From an uncultured virus (IMG/VR IMGVR_UViG_3300046786_000599) (Duplodnaviria > Heunggongvirae > Uroviricota > Caudoviricetes): 20,000 nucleotides of DNA. Below the pieces are notes generated by a model. That model saw only the letters and a list, made by a program, of their open reading frames with translations, did not search any database and was not told the origin of the DNA. The stretch lies in the IMG/VR virus record IMGVR_UViG_3300046786_000599; one strand, given 5' to 3'. Shown here one piece after another: positions 5,182-13,204 of this stretch; within the stretch, counting starts at the first letter, position 1, and each line of letters opens with the position of its first letter. The translations under genes were made by a program, and so were the position numbers.

Positions 5182-7822
5182 GAAGAATGATTTAGTATAT
5201 CTTTGGGATGACGAACAGGGAATGCGGTCTTTTAAATTCCAAAAGTATGCTTACAGAAGACGTACTGGCGGTCAGTATAAATCAATGTATGGTGATGATT
5301 TAGAGAAAACTATTCATTTCGACCCCCGTGATCAAGATGTTTTTGAAGGCGATGTTCCTCTCGAAACGAGAATTTTGATTGATGGTTATGAAAATTCAGA
5401 TGAACCGTCCAAAGGACATAAGGTTTTAATTTTCGACATCGAGGTTAGTTCCGAAGGTGGATTTCCTGTAATTGAAACTGCTGATAAGGAAATTACCGCT
5501 ATTGCTTTATACGACAAAGTTGCTGATCAGTATCACGCTTTGATTGTAGATAAGGATTACAAAATCAAAGATGAAGATAAAGGCAACGTTTTCATCCGAT
5601 CTTATCAGAATGAAGAGTCGCTTTTAAAAGCATTTCTCAATAAGTGGGAAGAAATTCAACCAACAATTGTAAGCGGTTGGAACATTGACTATTTTGATGT
5701 GCCTTATATTCACAACAGAATTAAGGTTGTATTGGGTGAAAGAGATGCTGGTAGACTGTCTCCAATTGGAATTTGTTATATGAACAAATTCAATAAAAAA
5801 ATGGTGGTTGCTGGAGTTTCTTGTTTGGATTACATTTTACTTTATAAGAAGTTTATTGGAAAAAACCGACCATCTTATGCTTTGGGTCAGATTGGTAAGT
5901 TAGAAGTAAAGATGGATAAAATCGAGTATAAAGGTTCTCTAAATACTTTGTATAAAGAAGATATCCAAAAGTATGTAGATTACAACTTGAACGACGTTTA
6001 TATTGTTAAAGCATTGGATGATAAATTCAAGTATATTGAACTTGCCAGAGAGATTTGCCATGTTGGACATGTTCCTTATGAATGGTTTCATATGTCATCA
6101 AGGTATCTTGAAGGGGCAATCCTAATGGATTTGAGGCGGAATAAGTTGGTTGCTCCGAACAAACCTATCAATGGAGCAGAAGAACTTGAACAGAAGGAGG
6201 CTGACGGTGAAGAGGGGTTTGAAGGAGCATATGTTAAACGTCCTGTTCCTGGTCGGTATGATTGGTTGTATGATTTGGACCTTGCATCAATGTATCCAAA
6301 TATCGTCATTACACTCAATATCAGTCCGGAAACCAAAGTCGGAAAAGTTCGTTCTGTGGAACTTACTCCAGAAGGAGGAAAGTATTTCACGGAAAAACTA
6401 AAAGGACGTTATGCTGAGTTAGATGAAAAAGATCAAAAAAACTTATCCGAGTTTGATTATGTTAAAATGCATATCAGTGATTTTGATTCCGACTGTTTTT
6501 CTCAGAATTATATTTCTAATGTAGATTTGGGTGGTTCAAAATATACAATTGAGGATTTCAAGAAACTGCTCACCGAAGAAAAACTTGGAATTAGTAGTAA
6601 TGGTGTAATTTACGTAAGTCAACAACAAGGCGTTATTCCTAAGTTGTTGAGCCAGTGGTTCAAACAACGTAAGGAAATGCGTCAACTTTCCAAGAAATAC
6701 CATGATGAAGATAATAAAGAATTGGAAGAGTATTACGACAGAAAACAATATACTTGGAAAATCATGCTTAACTCCATGTATGGTGGCCTTGGTTTGCCGG
6801 TTTTCCGTTTTTATGATGTTGACAATGCTGCTGCTGTAACAGTGACAGGTGTGACAATTATTCAAACGACTGGTAAACTGATTAATCAGTATTATAGGAA
6901 CGTTTGTAAGACAAATGAGGATTATGTGGTTTATCAAGATACCGATTCTTGTTTCGTTTCTGCGGTTCCTATTGTTAAGGTTAGAAATCCTAATATGGAT
7001 GTTTCTGCTACTGAAAGTAATGAAGAAATGGTAAAAGCAATTCTCGGAGTTGCTTCCGAAATTCAGGATTTCATTAATAAAACTTATACAGTAATGGCAA
7101 AAAGAATGTTCAATGTAGATAAACACACATTGGAGATTAAACAAGAAATCATATCAACCACAGGGTTCTGGCTTGCTAAGAAACGATATGCTCAATGGAG
7201 AATCAATGAAAACGGTAAATACATCAAGGATGATAAACACAAACTTGAAGTAAAAGGAATTGACGTTGTTAGAACAAGTTTTCCTGCTAGGTTTAGGTCA
7301 TTTTTAGAAGAGATATTAAAAGACATTTTGGCTAAAAAGCCTAAAGAAGAAATTGATGAAAAGATTCTTGCTTTTAGAAAAGGATTGAAAGATTTATCTG
7401 TGACGGATGTTGCTAAAAATACATCCGTCAAATTTTTGAGTCAAGATGGCAAAACCAATTATGACCCCAAATCAAGACATCCATTTCATATTGTTTCTGG
7501 AACACCAGCTCAAGCAAAAGCTGCTATATACTACAACGATTTGTTAAAGAAATTCAATCTACAAGTTAAAGTAGAAAAAATCCATAGCGGTAGTAAAATT
7601 AAATGGGTTTATTTAAAAGGCAACCCACATTGTATGGATTGTTTAGCGTTTAAAGCAGATGGAACCGATCCAGATAAAATAATGGAAATCATTAATACTT
7701 ACATAGATAAGAAGGGTTTGTACGAACATGAATTGAGAGGTAAATTAATGGATTTCTATACAATTCTCGGATGGAATTTTCCATCGGCAGATGCTAGAAA
7801 ATCATTGGAGTTTTTCTCATGA
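5144..7822 (+). CDS. polB: Family B DNA polymerase (T4 gp43-like); true start may be ATT 5156
   Basis: Exo I FDIEV, Exo II GWNIDYFD, Exo III YNLND; polymerase motifs DLASMYP, KIMLNSMYG, YQDTDS, KKRYA. No intein seen. Confidence 0.97.
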   Translation: MEAFIYQNIFCDKKNDLVYLWDDEQGMRSFKFQKYAYRRRTGGQYKSMYGDDLEKTIHFDPRDQDVFEGDVPLETRILIDGYENSDEPSKGHKVLIFDIEVSSEGGFPVIETADKEITAIALYDKVADQYHALIVDKDYKIKDEDKGNVFIRSYQNEESLLKAFLNKWEEIQPTIVSGWNIDYFDVPYIHNRIKVVLGERDAGRLSPIGICYMNKFNKKMVVAGVSCLDYILLYKKFIGKNRPSYALGQIGKLEVKMDKIEYKGSLNTLYKEDIQKYVDYNLNDVYIVKALDDKFKYIELAREICHVGHVPYEWFHMSSRYLEGAILMDLRRNKLVAPNKPINGAEELEQKEADGEEGFEGAYVKRPVPGRYDWLYDLDLASMYPNIVITLNISPETKVGKVRSVELTPEGGKYFTEKLKGRYAELDEKDQKNLSEFDYVKMHISDFDSDCFSQNYISNVDLGGSKYTIEDFKKLLTEEKLGISSNGVIYVSQQQGVIPKLLSQWFKQRKEMRQLSKKYHDEDNKELEEYYDRKQYTWKIMLNSMYGGLGLPVFRFYDVDNAAAVTVTGVTIIQTTGKLINQYYRNVCKTNEDYVVYQDTDSCFVSAVPIVKVRNPNMDVSATESNEEMVKAILGVASEIQDFINKTYTVMAKRMFNVDKHTLEIKQEIISTTGFWLAKKRYAQWRINENGKYIKDDKHKLEVKGIDVVRTSFPARFRSFLEEILKDILAKKPKEEIDEKILAFRKGLKDLSVTDVAKNTSVKFLSQDGKTNYDPKSRHPFHIVSGTPAQAKAAIYYNDLLKKFNLQVKVEKIHSGSKIKWVYLKGNPHCMDCLAFKADGTDPDKIMEIINTYIDKKGLYEHELRGKLMDFYTILGWNFPSADARKSLEFFS

Positions 7823-7974
7823 TATATAAAAGCATAGACGAGTTGGACGAATTAACTTTGGAAGACATTGAAGAGTTCGATAGCGTTCTTATATGGGACG
7901 TGAGTGAACAAAAAACAAAAAAGGTGTCAATACAAACTTTAATGGATTATTTAAAAATGATTAATAGTCAATAA
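7819..7974 (+). CDS. Acidic hypothetical protein (51 aa)
   Basis: ATGA overlap with the polymerase stop: MIYKSIDELDELTLEDIEEFDSVLIWDVSEQKTKKVSIQTLMDYLKMINSQ*. Confidence 0.7.
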   Translation: MIYKSIDELDELTLEDIEEFDSVLIWDVSEQKTKKVSIQTLMDYLKMINSQ

Positions 7975-7983
7975 TAAATTGAC
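7953..7983 (+). repeat. 31-bp direct repeat, copy 1 (contains hairpin GTCAAT-AATAA-ATTGAC and the start of a -35 box)
   Basis: AAAAATGATTAATAGTCAATAATAAATTGAC; 30/31 identical to 8220-8250. Confidence 0.9.
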
Positions 7984-8006
7984 GTTATTTGTGTATAGTG
8001 TAAACT
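7979..8006 (+). promoter_or_regulatory. Sigma70-type promoter (leaderless)
   Basis: TTGACG (7979-7984), 16 nt, TAAACT (8001-8006), 7 nt, ATG 8014. Confidence 0.6.
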
Positions 8007-8013
8007 ATTGACA

Positions 8014-8241
8014 ATGAAAATTAATTATGGATTGATAGCACTTCAACACGTAAAAGGTGTAGATTTTAGAATTTTACATTTTTGTGGATATGAGGAACCA
8101 CCAACAGATTTTGATAAAACTTCTTTAATGAAAGAATTAAAATTTGATCCGGAATTTGGATTAATTAATGAAGAATTTATTATAATAGAAGCAGAACCAC
8201 GTTTAGTAAAAGAGTATTCAAAAATGATTAATGGTCAATAA
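8014..8241 (+). CDS. Hypothetical phage protein (75 aa) flanked by direct repeats
   Basis: MKINYGLIAL...ILHFCGYEEPP...DPEFGL...KMINGQ*. Confidence 0.75.
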   Translation: MKINYGLIALQHVKGVDFRILHFCGYEEPPTDFDKTSLMKELKFDPEFGLINEEFIIIEAEPRLVKEYSKMINGQ

Positions 8242-8250
8242 TAAATTGAC
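8220..8250 (+). repeat. 31-bp direct repeat, copy 2
   Basis: AAAAATGATTAATGGTCAATAATAAATTGAC. Confidence 0.9.
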
Positions 8251-8260
8251 TAATTAGTTG

Positions 8261-8917
8261 TTAAATAACAATCCACCCTTTACAGTTGTTGCTTCTTTTA
8301 TGGATTAAGTTGTAAAGGTTTGCTTTATCAAAACTGTATTTTTTAGAAAAGTCGGAACGTATTCCTATAAATGTCTTTTTGGTTATTACATTTAGAAATG
8401 TAAACATTGTTTTGTTAGGAGTTCCCATTTTTAATCTTGTTTCATTTGAATGCGTTTTTCCAAAATTTGGATTTTTTGAACCTATATATCTACCTTTCAT
8501 CAGATTGCTTTGTCGTTGTTTTTGTTCTTCTGTATGTCTGAACTCAAAATGGATTTTTAATTTTTTATGAGTTTTGCTCATTTTTTCTTTTGTGGTTTTG
8601 TTATGAACTCTGTTTCTCATTGGAGCGATGGCATCAAAACAAATATTATAAGTTTTGTCTGGTTCTGATTTTGCTATATCCAAATATTTTTGTTCAATTA
8701 ATAACAAATCGTTTGACTGAACATTTTCTATTACAGAATATGACCATACCGATTTTTCATACTTATTCCAGGCATTTTGGAGTTTCGGATTATTATGTCG
8801 GTTTTTATTTAAAAGCCGTTTGTGGTCATAAAATCTTTTTTGTATATTACTACTGCTACCAACATAGTAATTTCCGTTAGTTTCGTTGATTATTTTGTAT
8901 ATTCCGCTTATTTTCAT
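8261..8917 (-). CDS. GIY-YIG homing endonuclease (Seg/I-TevI-like) with NUMOD3 repeats and C-terminal HTH-like module
   Basis: SGIYKIIN...YYVGSS.NIQKRF..H...HNNPKLQNAWNKY...EQKYLD...YN; HNKTTKEKMS, HTEEQKQRQS, GSKNPNFGKTHSNETRLKM. Confidence 0.93.
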   Translation of the reverse strand: MKISGIYKIINETNGNYYVGSSSNIQKRFYDHKRLLNKNRHNNPKLQNAWNKYEKSVWSYSVIENVQSNDLLLIEQKYLDIAKSEPDKTYNICFDAIAPMRNRVHNKTTKEKMSKTHKKLKIHFEFRHTEEQKQRQSNLMKGRYIGSKNPNFGKTHSNETRLKMGTPNKTMFTFLNVITKKTFIGIRSDFSKKYSFDKANLYNLIHKRSNNCKGWIVI

Positions 8918-9038
8918 AATATCTTTTTAATGCTTTGTTTCGTTGTTTTTTTACATTTTTCCAGTAATAACACATTTGTCTTTTTCTTCTAGCAATTAAT
9001 TTTTCTGTATCGGTCAGATATTTCTTTTTTCTTCCCAT
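8877..9038 (-). CDS. Basic 53-aa 'MGRKK' microprotein overlapping the GIY-YIG gene
   Basis: MGRKKKYLTDTEKLIARRKRQMCYYWKNVKKQRNKALKRYYENKRNIQNNQRN*; homolog of 4404-4553. Confidence 0.75.
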   Translation of the reverse strand: MGRKKKYLTDTEKLIARRKRQMCYYWKNVKKQRNKALKRYYENKRNIQNNQRN

Positions 9039-9087
9039 ATTAATAAATAATATTTAGAATTATAAAAGTAGAGAAAAAGTAGAGAAA
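9039..9087 (-). promoter_or_regulatory. Upstream motif of microprotein-HEG cassette 2: 11-bp tandem repeat + TTCTAA..TATTTATT
   Basis: Plus strand AAAAGTAGAGA at 9064-9074 and 9075-9085; minus strand TTCTAAATATTATTTATTAAT directly before ATG 9038. Confidence 0.5.
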
Positions 9088-9112
9088 GATTTAATTTTAA
9101 TTTACCAAAAGG

Positions 9113-9141
9113 TTGACTTTTTGTTGCGTTGTTGTTATGAT
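9113..9141 (+). promoter_or_regulatory. Near-consensus sigma70-type promoter with extended -10
   Basis: TTGACT (9113-9118), 17 nt, TATGAT (9136-9141) preceded by TGn; AAGGA SD-like sequence before ATG 9166. Confidence 0.75.
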
Positions 9142-9165
9142 GGTTTTTAACAAAAGGATTTTAAT

Positions 9166-9600
9166 ATGAAAATAGATTTAGAAGAAGTTGAAGCTAAAAT
9201 GTTGGAACTCAAGATTGACCCGATGAAGGTTAATCAAGTTGTAACCGAGTTGGAAAAAGTAGTTGAAGAATTGGCAGATGAACGAAAAGCTGAAGCAGGT
9301 CCAAAGGCAAAGTGGGAATTTGTTATAGTTCTCAATGACAAAGATGGTTATTTGAAGGGCAAGGAAATTGCTGGATGGGTAGTTCAGAAGCCAGAAGAAG
9401 ATGATGCTAATCTTGTACTTTCTAAATTGGCAGATGCTGCTAAGTCACAGAATGAAGTGACAAAGAAAAAGGCTAACAGAATTAACGATCTGGTTTCTTT
9501 ATTTGAACACCTTAAATCCAAGTTCACTAAGGAAAAGAAGGTTAGAGTTAAGACCAAGGAACTCACTAGAGTTCTTATTACAGATGGGAATATCGTATGA
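9166..9600 (+). CDS. Hypothetical protein
   Basis: 144-aa ORF behind promoter and SD; ATGA-coupled to the next gene. Confidence 0.85.
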   Translation: MKIDLEEVEAKMLELKIDPMKVNQVVTELEKVVEELADERKAEAGPKAKWEFVIVLNDKDGYLKGKEIAGWVVQKPEEDDANLVLSKLADAAKSQNEVTKKKANRINDLVSLFEHLKSKFTKEKKVRVKTKELTRVLITDGNIV

Positions 9601-10004
9601 ATGAAGAAGATGTTGGTTTAAAGAAAGAAATGAATGAAGCTTTTCATACCATGAAGGATAATACACAGGTCAATAAAGATGAAAAACAACTTCGAATTGC
9701 TAAGTTGAACATGCCTGCTACCGTTGTTGATTTTTTGATGGACCATTATGGGTTTTTTGATTTGGTAGAACTTAATACACTTACCCTTTATATTTTAAAA
9801 ACCTTCGGTCATATAGAAAATGATGGTTTTAAATTCGCCATACATAAAACGACAGAAGGCAAAACTGAAGCGTATGAACTTGATATTCACGACTTGATTG
9901 CTAAGTTTAGAATTCAGTTGGCTCAATCTTTAAATCAAAATAAACTATATGACCCTGAAATAAAGATTGAACATAAGGAGAAAAATGAAAAAGATAGTGT
10001 GTGA
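9597..10004 (+). CDS. Hypothetical protein
   Basis: 135-aa ORF in operon. Confidence 0.8.
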   Translation: MNEEDVGLKKEMNEAFHTMKDNTQVNKDEKQLRIAKLNMPATVVDFLMDHYGFFDLVELNTLTLYILKTFGHIENDGFKFAIHKTTEGKTEAYELDIHDLIAKFRIQLAQSLNQNKLYDPEIKIEHKEKNEKDSV

Positions 10005-10182
10005 TAGTTGTGGCTCAGAAAATGCTAAATCATATAAGTATGAAGTTTTTCCTACACGGGCAATCTATTTCAAAGACTTCTGCGTAAACTGTTTACAAGA
10101 GTTTGTTTTGAAAAATCAGGTTAAACTTACAGAAGTTCAGGAAGATAACAGATCTACTAAAAAAAGGATTATACATGGCTGA
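9985..10182 (+). CDS. Small putative zinc-ribbon protein (CxxC...CxxC)
   Basis: AAGGAG SD at 9975-9980, ATG 9985; CDSC and CVNC. Confidence 0.7.
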   Translation: MKKIVCDSCGSENAKSYKYEVFPTRAIYFKDFCVNCLQEFVLKNQVKLTEVQEDNRSTKKRIIHG

Positions 10183-10330
10183 TGAAAAGAAAATAGAAGT
10201 TCCAAAAGAAAAACATCTATTCAAAGATAAGAGTGCGGCTGGCAAGGGTGACAGACCGAGAAATGTTAGTCGTGACTATTGGAATAATTGGGAAGATATA
10301 AAAGGCTTTAAAAAGCCGAAGTTTAAATAA
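10175..10330 (+). CDS. Small phage protein (51 aa) with GKGDRPR...NWEDI motif
   Basis: MADEKKIEVPKEKHLFKDKSAAGKGDRPRNVSRDYWNNWEDIKGFKKPKFK*; AAGGA SD-like sequence upstream; fills the gap to the methyltransferase. Confidence 0.7.
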   Translation: MADEKKIEVPKEKHLFKDKSAAGKGDRPRNVSRDYWNNWEDIKGFKKPKFK

Positions 10331-10331
10331 A

Positions 10332-11210
10332 ATGGCAAAGAAGTATAATAAGATTATGCCTTTTGAGGATAACACGAAAGTCTTGACTCAATTTGGTCAA
10401 TTGCCTCTTTCGGTTATGGAGTTTCAAAACGAACCGAAATGGAGTTGTGCATATTTTGAACAAGATAAAGAAGAACAACGTAGGTCAGATGACTCTAAGT
10501 ATTTGCCTGGATTGGGAATGTCTGAGTTTTCATCTGCCGTGTGTGAATTTATAGTCAAATACTGGTCAATGAAAAACGCAACTATTATTGACCCATTCGC
10601 TGGTAGAGCGACGAGGGCAGTAATTTCGACCAAATTGAAGAGGAATTACGTTGGTTATGAAATTTCGCCTAGAACATATCAAAGGAGTTTAGAACACTTT
10701 GCTAAATTAGAAATTAGTCCAGCCGTTTATTTAGGTGATGGATGTAGTATGGATATGACCGGAAAAGATAGAGCACATCTTTGTATGACATGTCCTCCAT
10801 ATTGGAAACTTGAAGAATATGAAGATGTAGAAGGACAACTTTCAAGTTGTAACACGTATGAAGAGTTTCTTGAAGAAATTAAACATTGTGTAGGAAATGT
10901 GGGTCGTATATTAAAGCCAGGTGGATTTGCTTGTTGGGTGGTTGGAGATTGGAGAGATTCCGGTGGTTATAGAATGTTCACTCATGATGTTCAGAGTATG
11001 TTTATAAGTTATGGAATGATTCCGCACGACACGGTGATAATCAAAAATAACTCTCCGTTTGCTGCTTTTCAAGCGTACAAATGTGCTTGTAAAAGAATTA
11101 CTTCTAAAATTCATGAAACGATAGTGGTGTTTCGAAAGCCAGGAGAATTGGATTTAACTGGTCTTGTTAAGGATGAAATTAATGAAAAGGCCAATGAATT
11201 TTTCTCTTGA
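10332..11210 (+). CDS. Amino (N4-C/N6-A) DNA methyltransferase, orphan
   Basis: SAM-binding IIDPFAGRAT, GYEIS, catalytic-position TCPPYW, RILKPGG, HETIVVFRK. Confidence 0.88.
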   Translation: MAKKYNKIMPFEDNTKVLTQFGQLPLSVMEFQNEPKWSCAYFEQDKEEQRRSDDSKYLPGLGMSEFSSAVCEFIVKYWSMKNATIIDPFAGRATRAVISTKLKRNYVGYEISPRTYQRSLEHFAKLEISPAVYLGDGCSMDMTGKDRAHLCMTCPPYWKLEEYEDVEGQLSSCNTYEEFLEEIKHCVGNVGRILKPGGFACWVVGDWRDSGGYRMFTHDVQSMFISYGMIPHDTVIIKNNSPFAAFQAYKCACKRITSKIHETIVVFRKPGELDLTGLVKDEINEKANEFFS

Positions 11211-11219
11211 TATTATAAG

Positions 11220-11247
11220 TTGTTTAACTGTTGGAGTATGATAAACT
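11220..11247 (+). promoter_or_regulatory. Possible sigma70-type promoter for clamp/clamp loader
   Basis: TTGTTT (11220-11225), 16 nt, TAAACT (11242-11247) preceded by TGn, in the 60-nt intergenic gap. Confidence 0.4.
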
Positions 11248-11270
11248 GTAGACCGTAAGAATCAAAAAAT

Positions 11271-12011
11271 ATGAAAAAGAGTGTATTGTTGGAATTTATT
11301 AAGAAGCACACCAAAGAAATCACGAAGGCTAGATGGATTAGCAGTGTTAAAGACAAAACATTAAAAGCAAATGTTGCTGCTGATACAAGAAATTTGTTGA
11401 TAGACCTGACGTTGAAGAATTGGGATGGTTGGGCAGATGCTGAAATTGGCATCGGTGATATGGTGAAGTTCAATAAAGAACTTAATGGTATCTATGATGA
11501 AGATGTCACATGTTTGCTAAATCAAAACGATGATAAGACACGAATTATCAGTGTCGATTTCACAGATAGTGGTTCTGTAGGTACATTTACCACCTCTGAT
11601 TTGGATATGATTGGTCCTGTTTCCAAGTTAAAGAATAGTCCTCCAGTTTCCGCAGAAATCATCTTTGATGAAGAGATGAAGGGACGTTTTTTGAAGGCTA
11701 AGTCTGCTCTTCCTGACGTAAACACGTTTACTGTTATGATGAACAAAAAAGACGTTTTGGAATTGGTAGTAGGATATAGCAAAATCAATTCAAGTAGGTT
11801 TTCTATCAAAGTTAAGACACAAGATGGAAAAGATAAAGTTGACGAACCTCTTCATTTTAGAGCCGATTATTTGGCCGAGGTTTTGTCCGTAAATTCAGAG
11901 TGTGGAGATACGGTCCTTAAAGTTTCTAACAACGGACTTTGTTCTATCGAGTTTTCGGCGGGCGATTTTGAATCGAAGTATTATTTAACTTCTACTGACG
12001 ATCAGGATTAA
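11271..12011 (+). CDS. DNA polymerase sliding clamp (T4 gp45-like)
   Basis: 246 aa, acidic, EIGIGDM..F and C-terminal LKVSNNGLCSIEF...SKYYL pattern; directly upstream of the clamp loader. Confidence 0.8.
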   Translation: MKKSVLLEFIKKHTKEITKARWISSVKDKTLKANVAADTRNLLIDLTLKNWDGWADAEIGIGDMVKFNKELNGIYDEDVTCLLNQNDDKTRIISVDFTDSGSVGTFTTSDLDMIGPVSKLKNSPPVSAEIIFDEEMKGRFLKAKSALPDVNTFTVMMNKKDVLELVVGYSKINSSRFSIKVKTQDGKDKVDEPLHFRADYLAEVLSVNSECGDTVLKVSNNGLCSIEFSAGDFESKYYLTSTDDQD

Positions 12012-12014
12012 TTT

Positions 12015-12956
12015 ATGGAAGAACTTGAAATAGTTCCTAAAAAGGAAAAGAAACAACATATTTGGGTGGAGAAATACCGCCCAAACAAATTGGAAGATTA
12101 TCTTGGCAACGCTCTTATTAAAGAAACTTTTTCTCTTTATGTAAAGAACCAAGATTTCCCTCATATCCTTCTTTGTGGTGGTCCTGGCACAGGAAAAACT
12201 ACATTGGCTAAGATGTTGACTAAATCCGTTGATTGTGAATTTATTTACATCAATGCTTCCGACGAAAGAACGATAGATACCGTTCGTGATAAAATCAAAA
12301 ATTTTGTTTCATCGGCAGGATTCAAACCGTTGAAGGCTATCATTTTGGACGAGTTTGATGGTATGCCCGAATTATCTCAAAGGACACTTCGATCAGTGAT
12401 GGAAACGTATGCTTTGAGAAATAGATTCATCTTAACGGCAAACTATAAAGAAAGAATAATCGAAGCAATTGAATCGAGATGCCAGAAATTAGAATTGATA
12501 TCACCAACTAAAAAAGAAGTTGCTCTTCATCTGATTAAAATCTTACAACAAGAAAACGTTGAGTTCAGAAACGAGGATCTAGCCGAAATCATAACGAGTC
12601 AGTGGCCTGATATAAGAAAGATAATCCAAGTATGTCAACAATCTAGTTTAACTGGAACGTTGAAACTCTCTCAACAAGCTCTTATATCACAAAACACCAA
12701 GAATAGAATTTTGGATCTTCTAATTAAAAAATCTTCTTTTCAAGAAATCCGTAAGTTTGTAGTTGAACAAGATTTGAAGAAATTTGAAGAAATTTATGAG
12801 TATCTTTATGAAAATCTTGACAAATTTGCTGAGGGAAAACAAGCATCTGTGATACTTAAACTTGCTGATGGTCAAAGAGACGATATATTATCTGTAAATA
12901 AACAAATTTCGTTTCTAGCAACAATCATAGGTATATTACAGGCACTAAAAGTATGA
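12015..12956 (+). CDS. Clamp loader AAA+ subunit (T4 gp44 / RFC small subunit-like)
   Basis: WVEKYRP, Walker A GGPGTGKTT, INASDER, Walker B ILDEFD, SRC motif. Confidence 0.96.
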   Translation: MEELEIVPKKEKKQHIWVEKYRPNKLEDYLGNALIKETFSLYVKNQDFPHILLCGGPGTGKTTLAKMLTKSVDCEFIYINASDERTIDTVRDKIKNFVSSAGFKPLKAIILDEFDGMPELSQRTLRSVMETYALRNRFILTANYKERIIEAIESRCQKLELISPTKKEVALHLIKILQQENVEFRNEDLAEIITSQWPDIRKIIQVCQQSSLTGTLKLSQQALISQNTKNRILDLLIKKSSFQEIRKFVVEQDLKKFEEIYEYLYENLDKFAEGKQASVILKLADGQRDDILSVNKQISFLATIIGILQALKV

Positions 12957-13201
12957 AATGGTATGATAAAAATCGTTATAAGATGTTAGATTTGAGTACA
13001 ATAAACGGATATGTTTACATCCCAGCAAAAGAATATGTGGAACAAAATCCACAAGAATCTGATGTTGAAGACTTTAGACAAAACGGCGATAGGATTGAGC
13101 TTATTATTGGAGGGGCTGTTTTTGTGTTTCGTGGGGATGTAGCAAAAGAGTTGTGGGAGTTGTTACAGACGACAGATTCAAGTCAGTTATTGAAAGGTTA
13201 A
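12953..13201 (+). CDS. Hypothetical protein
   Basis: 82 aa, ATGA overlap. Confidence 0.75.
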   Translation: MKWYDKNRYKMLDLSTINGYVYIPAKEYVEQNPQESDVEDFRQNGDRIELIIGGAVFVFRGDVAKELWELLQTTDSSQLLKG

Positions 13202-13204
13202 ATT

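Noticed and set aside
6088..7431. Alternative-frame and antisense ORFs inside polB (including the 202-aa ORF 6536-7144)
   Set aside because: Fully nested in a conserved gene, with composition typical of shadow ORFs. The same applies to the other nested ORFs in the track.
8249..8258. ACTAATTAGT palindrome between convergent genes as a terminator
   Set aside because: Too short and AT-rich, with no U-tract; not supportable.
4477..8917. Group I intron or intein hosting the endonucleases
   Set aside because: polB is uninterrupted with no intein termini. Both HEGs are intergenic with almost no non-coding flank for a ribozyme core, and the GIY-YIG gene is antisense to its neighbours.
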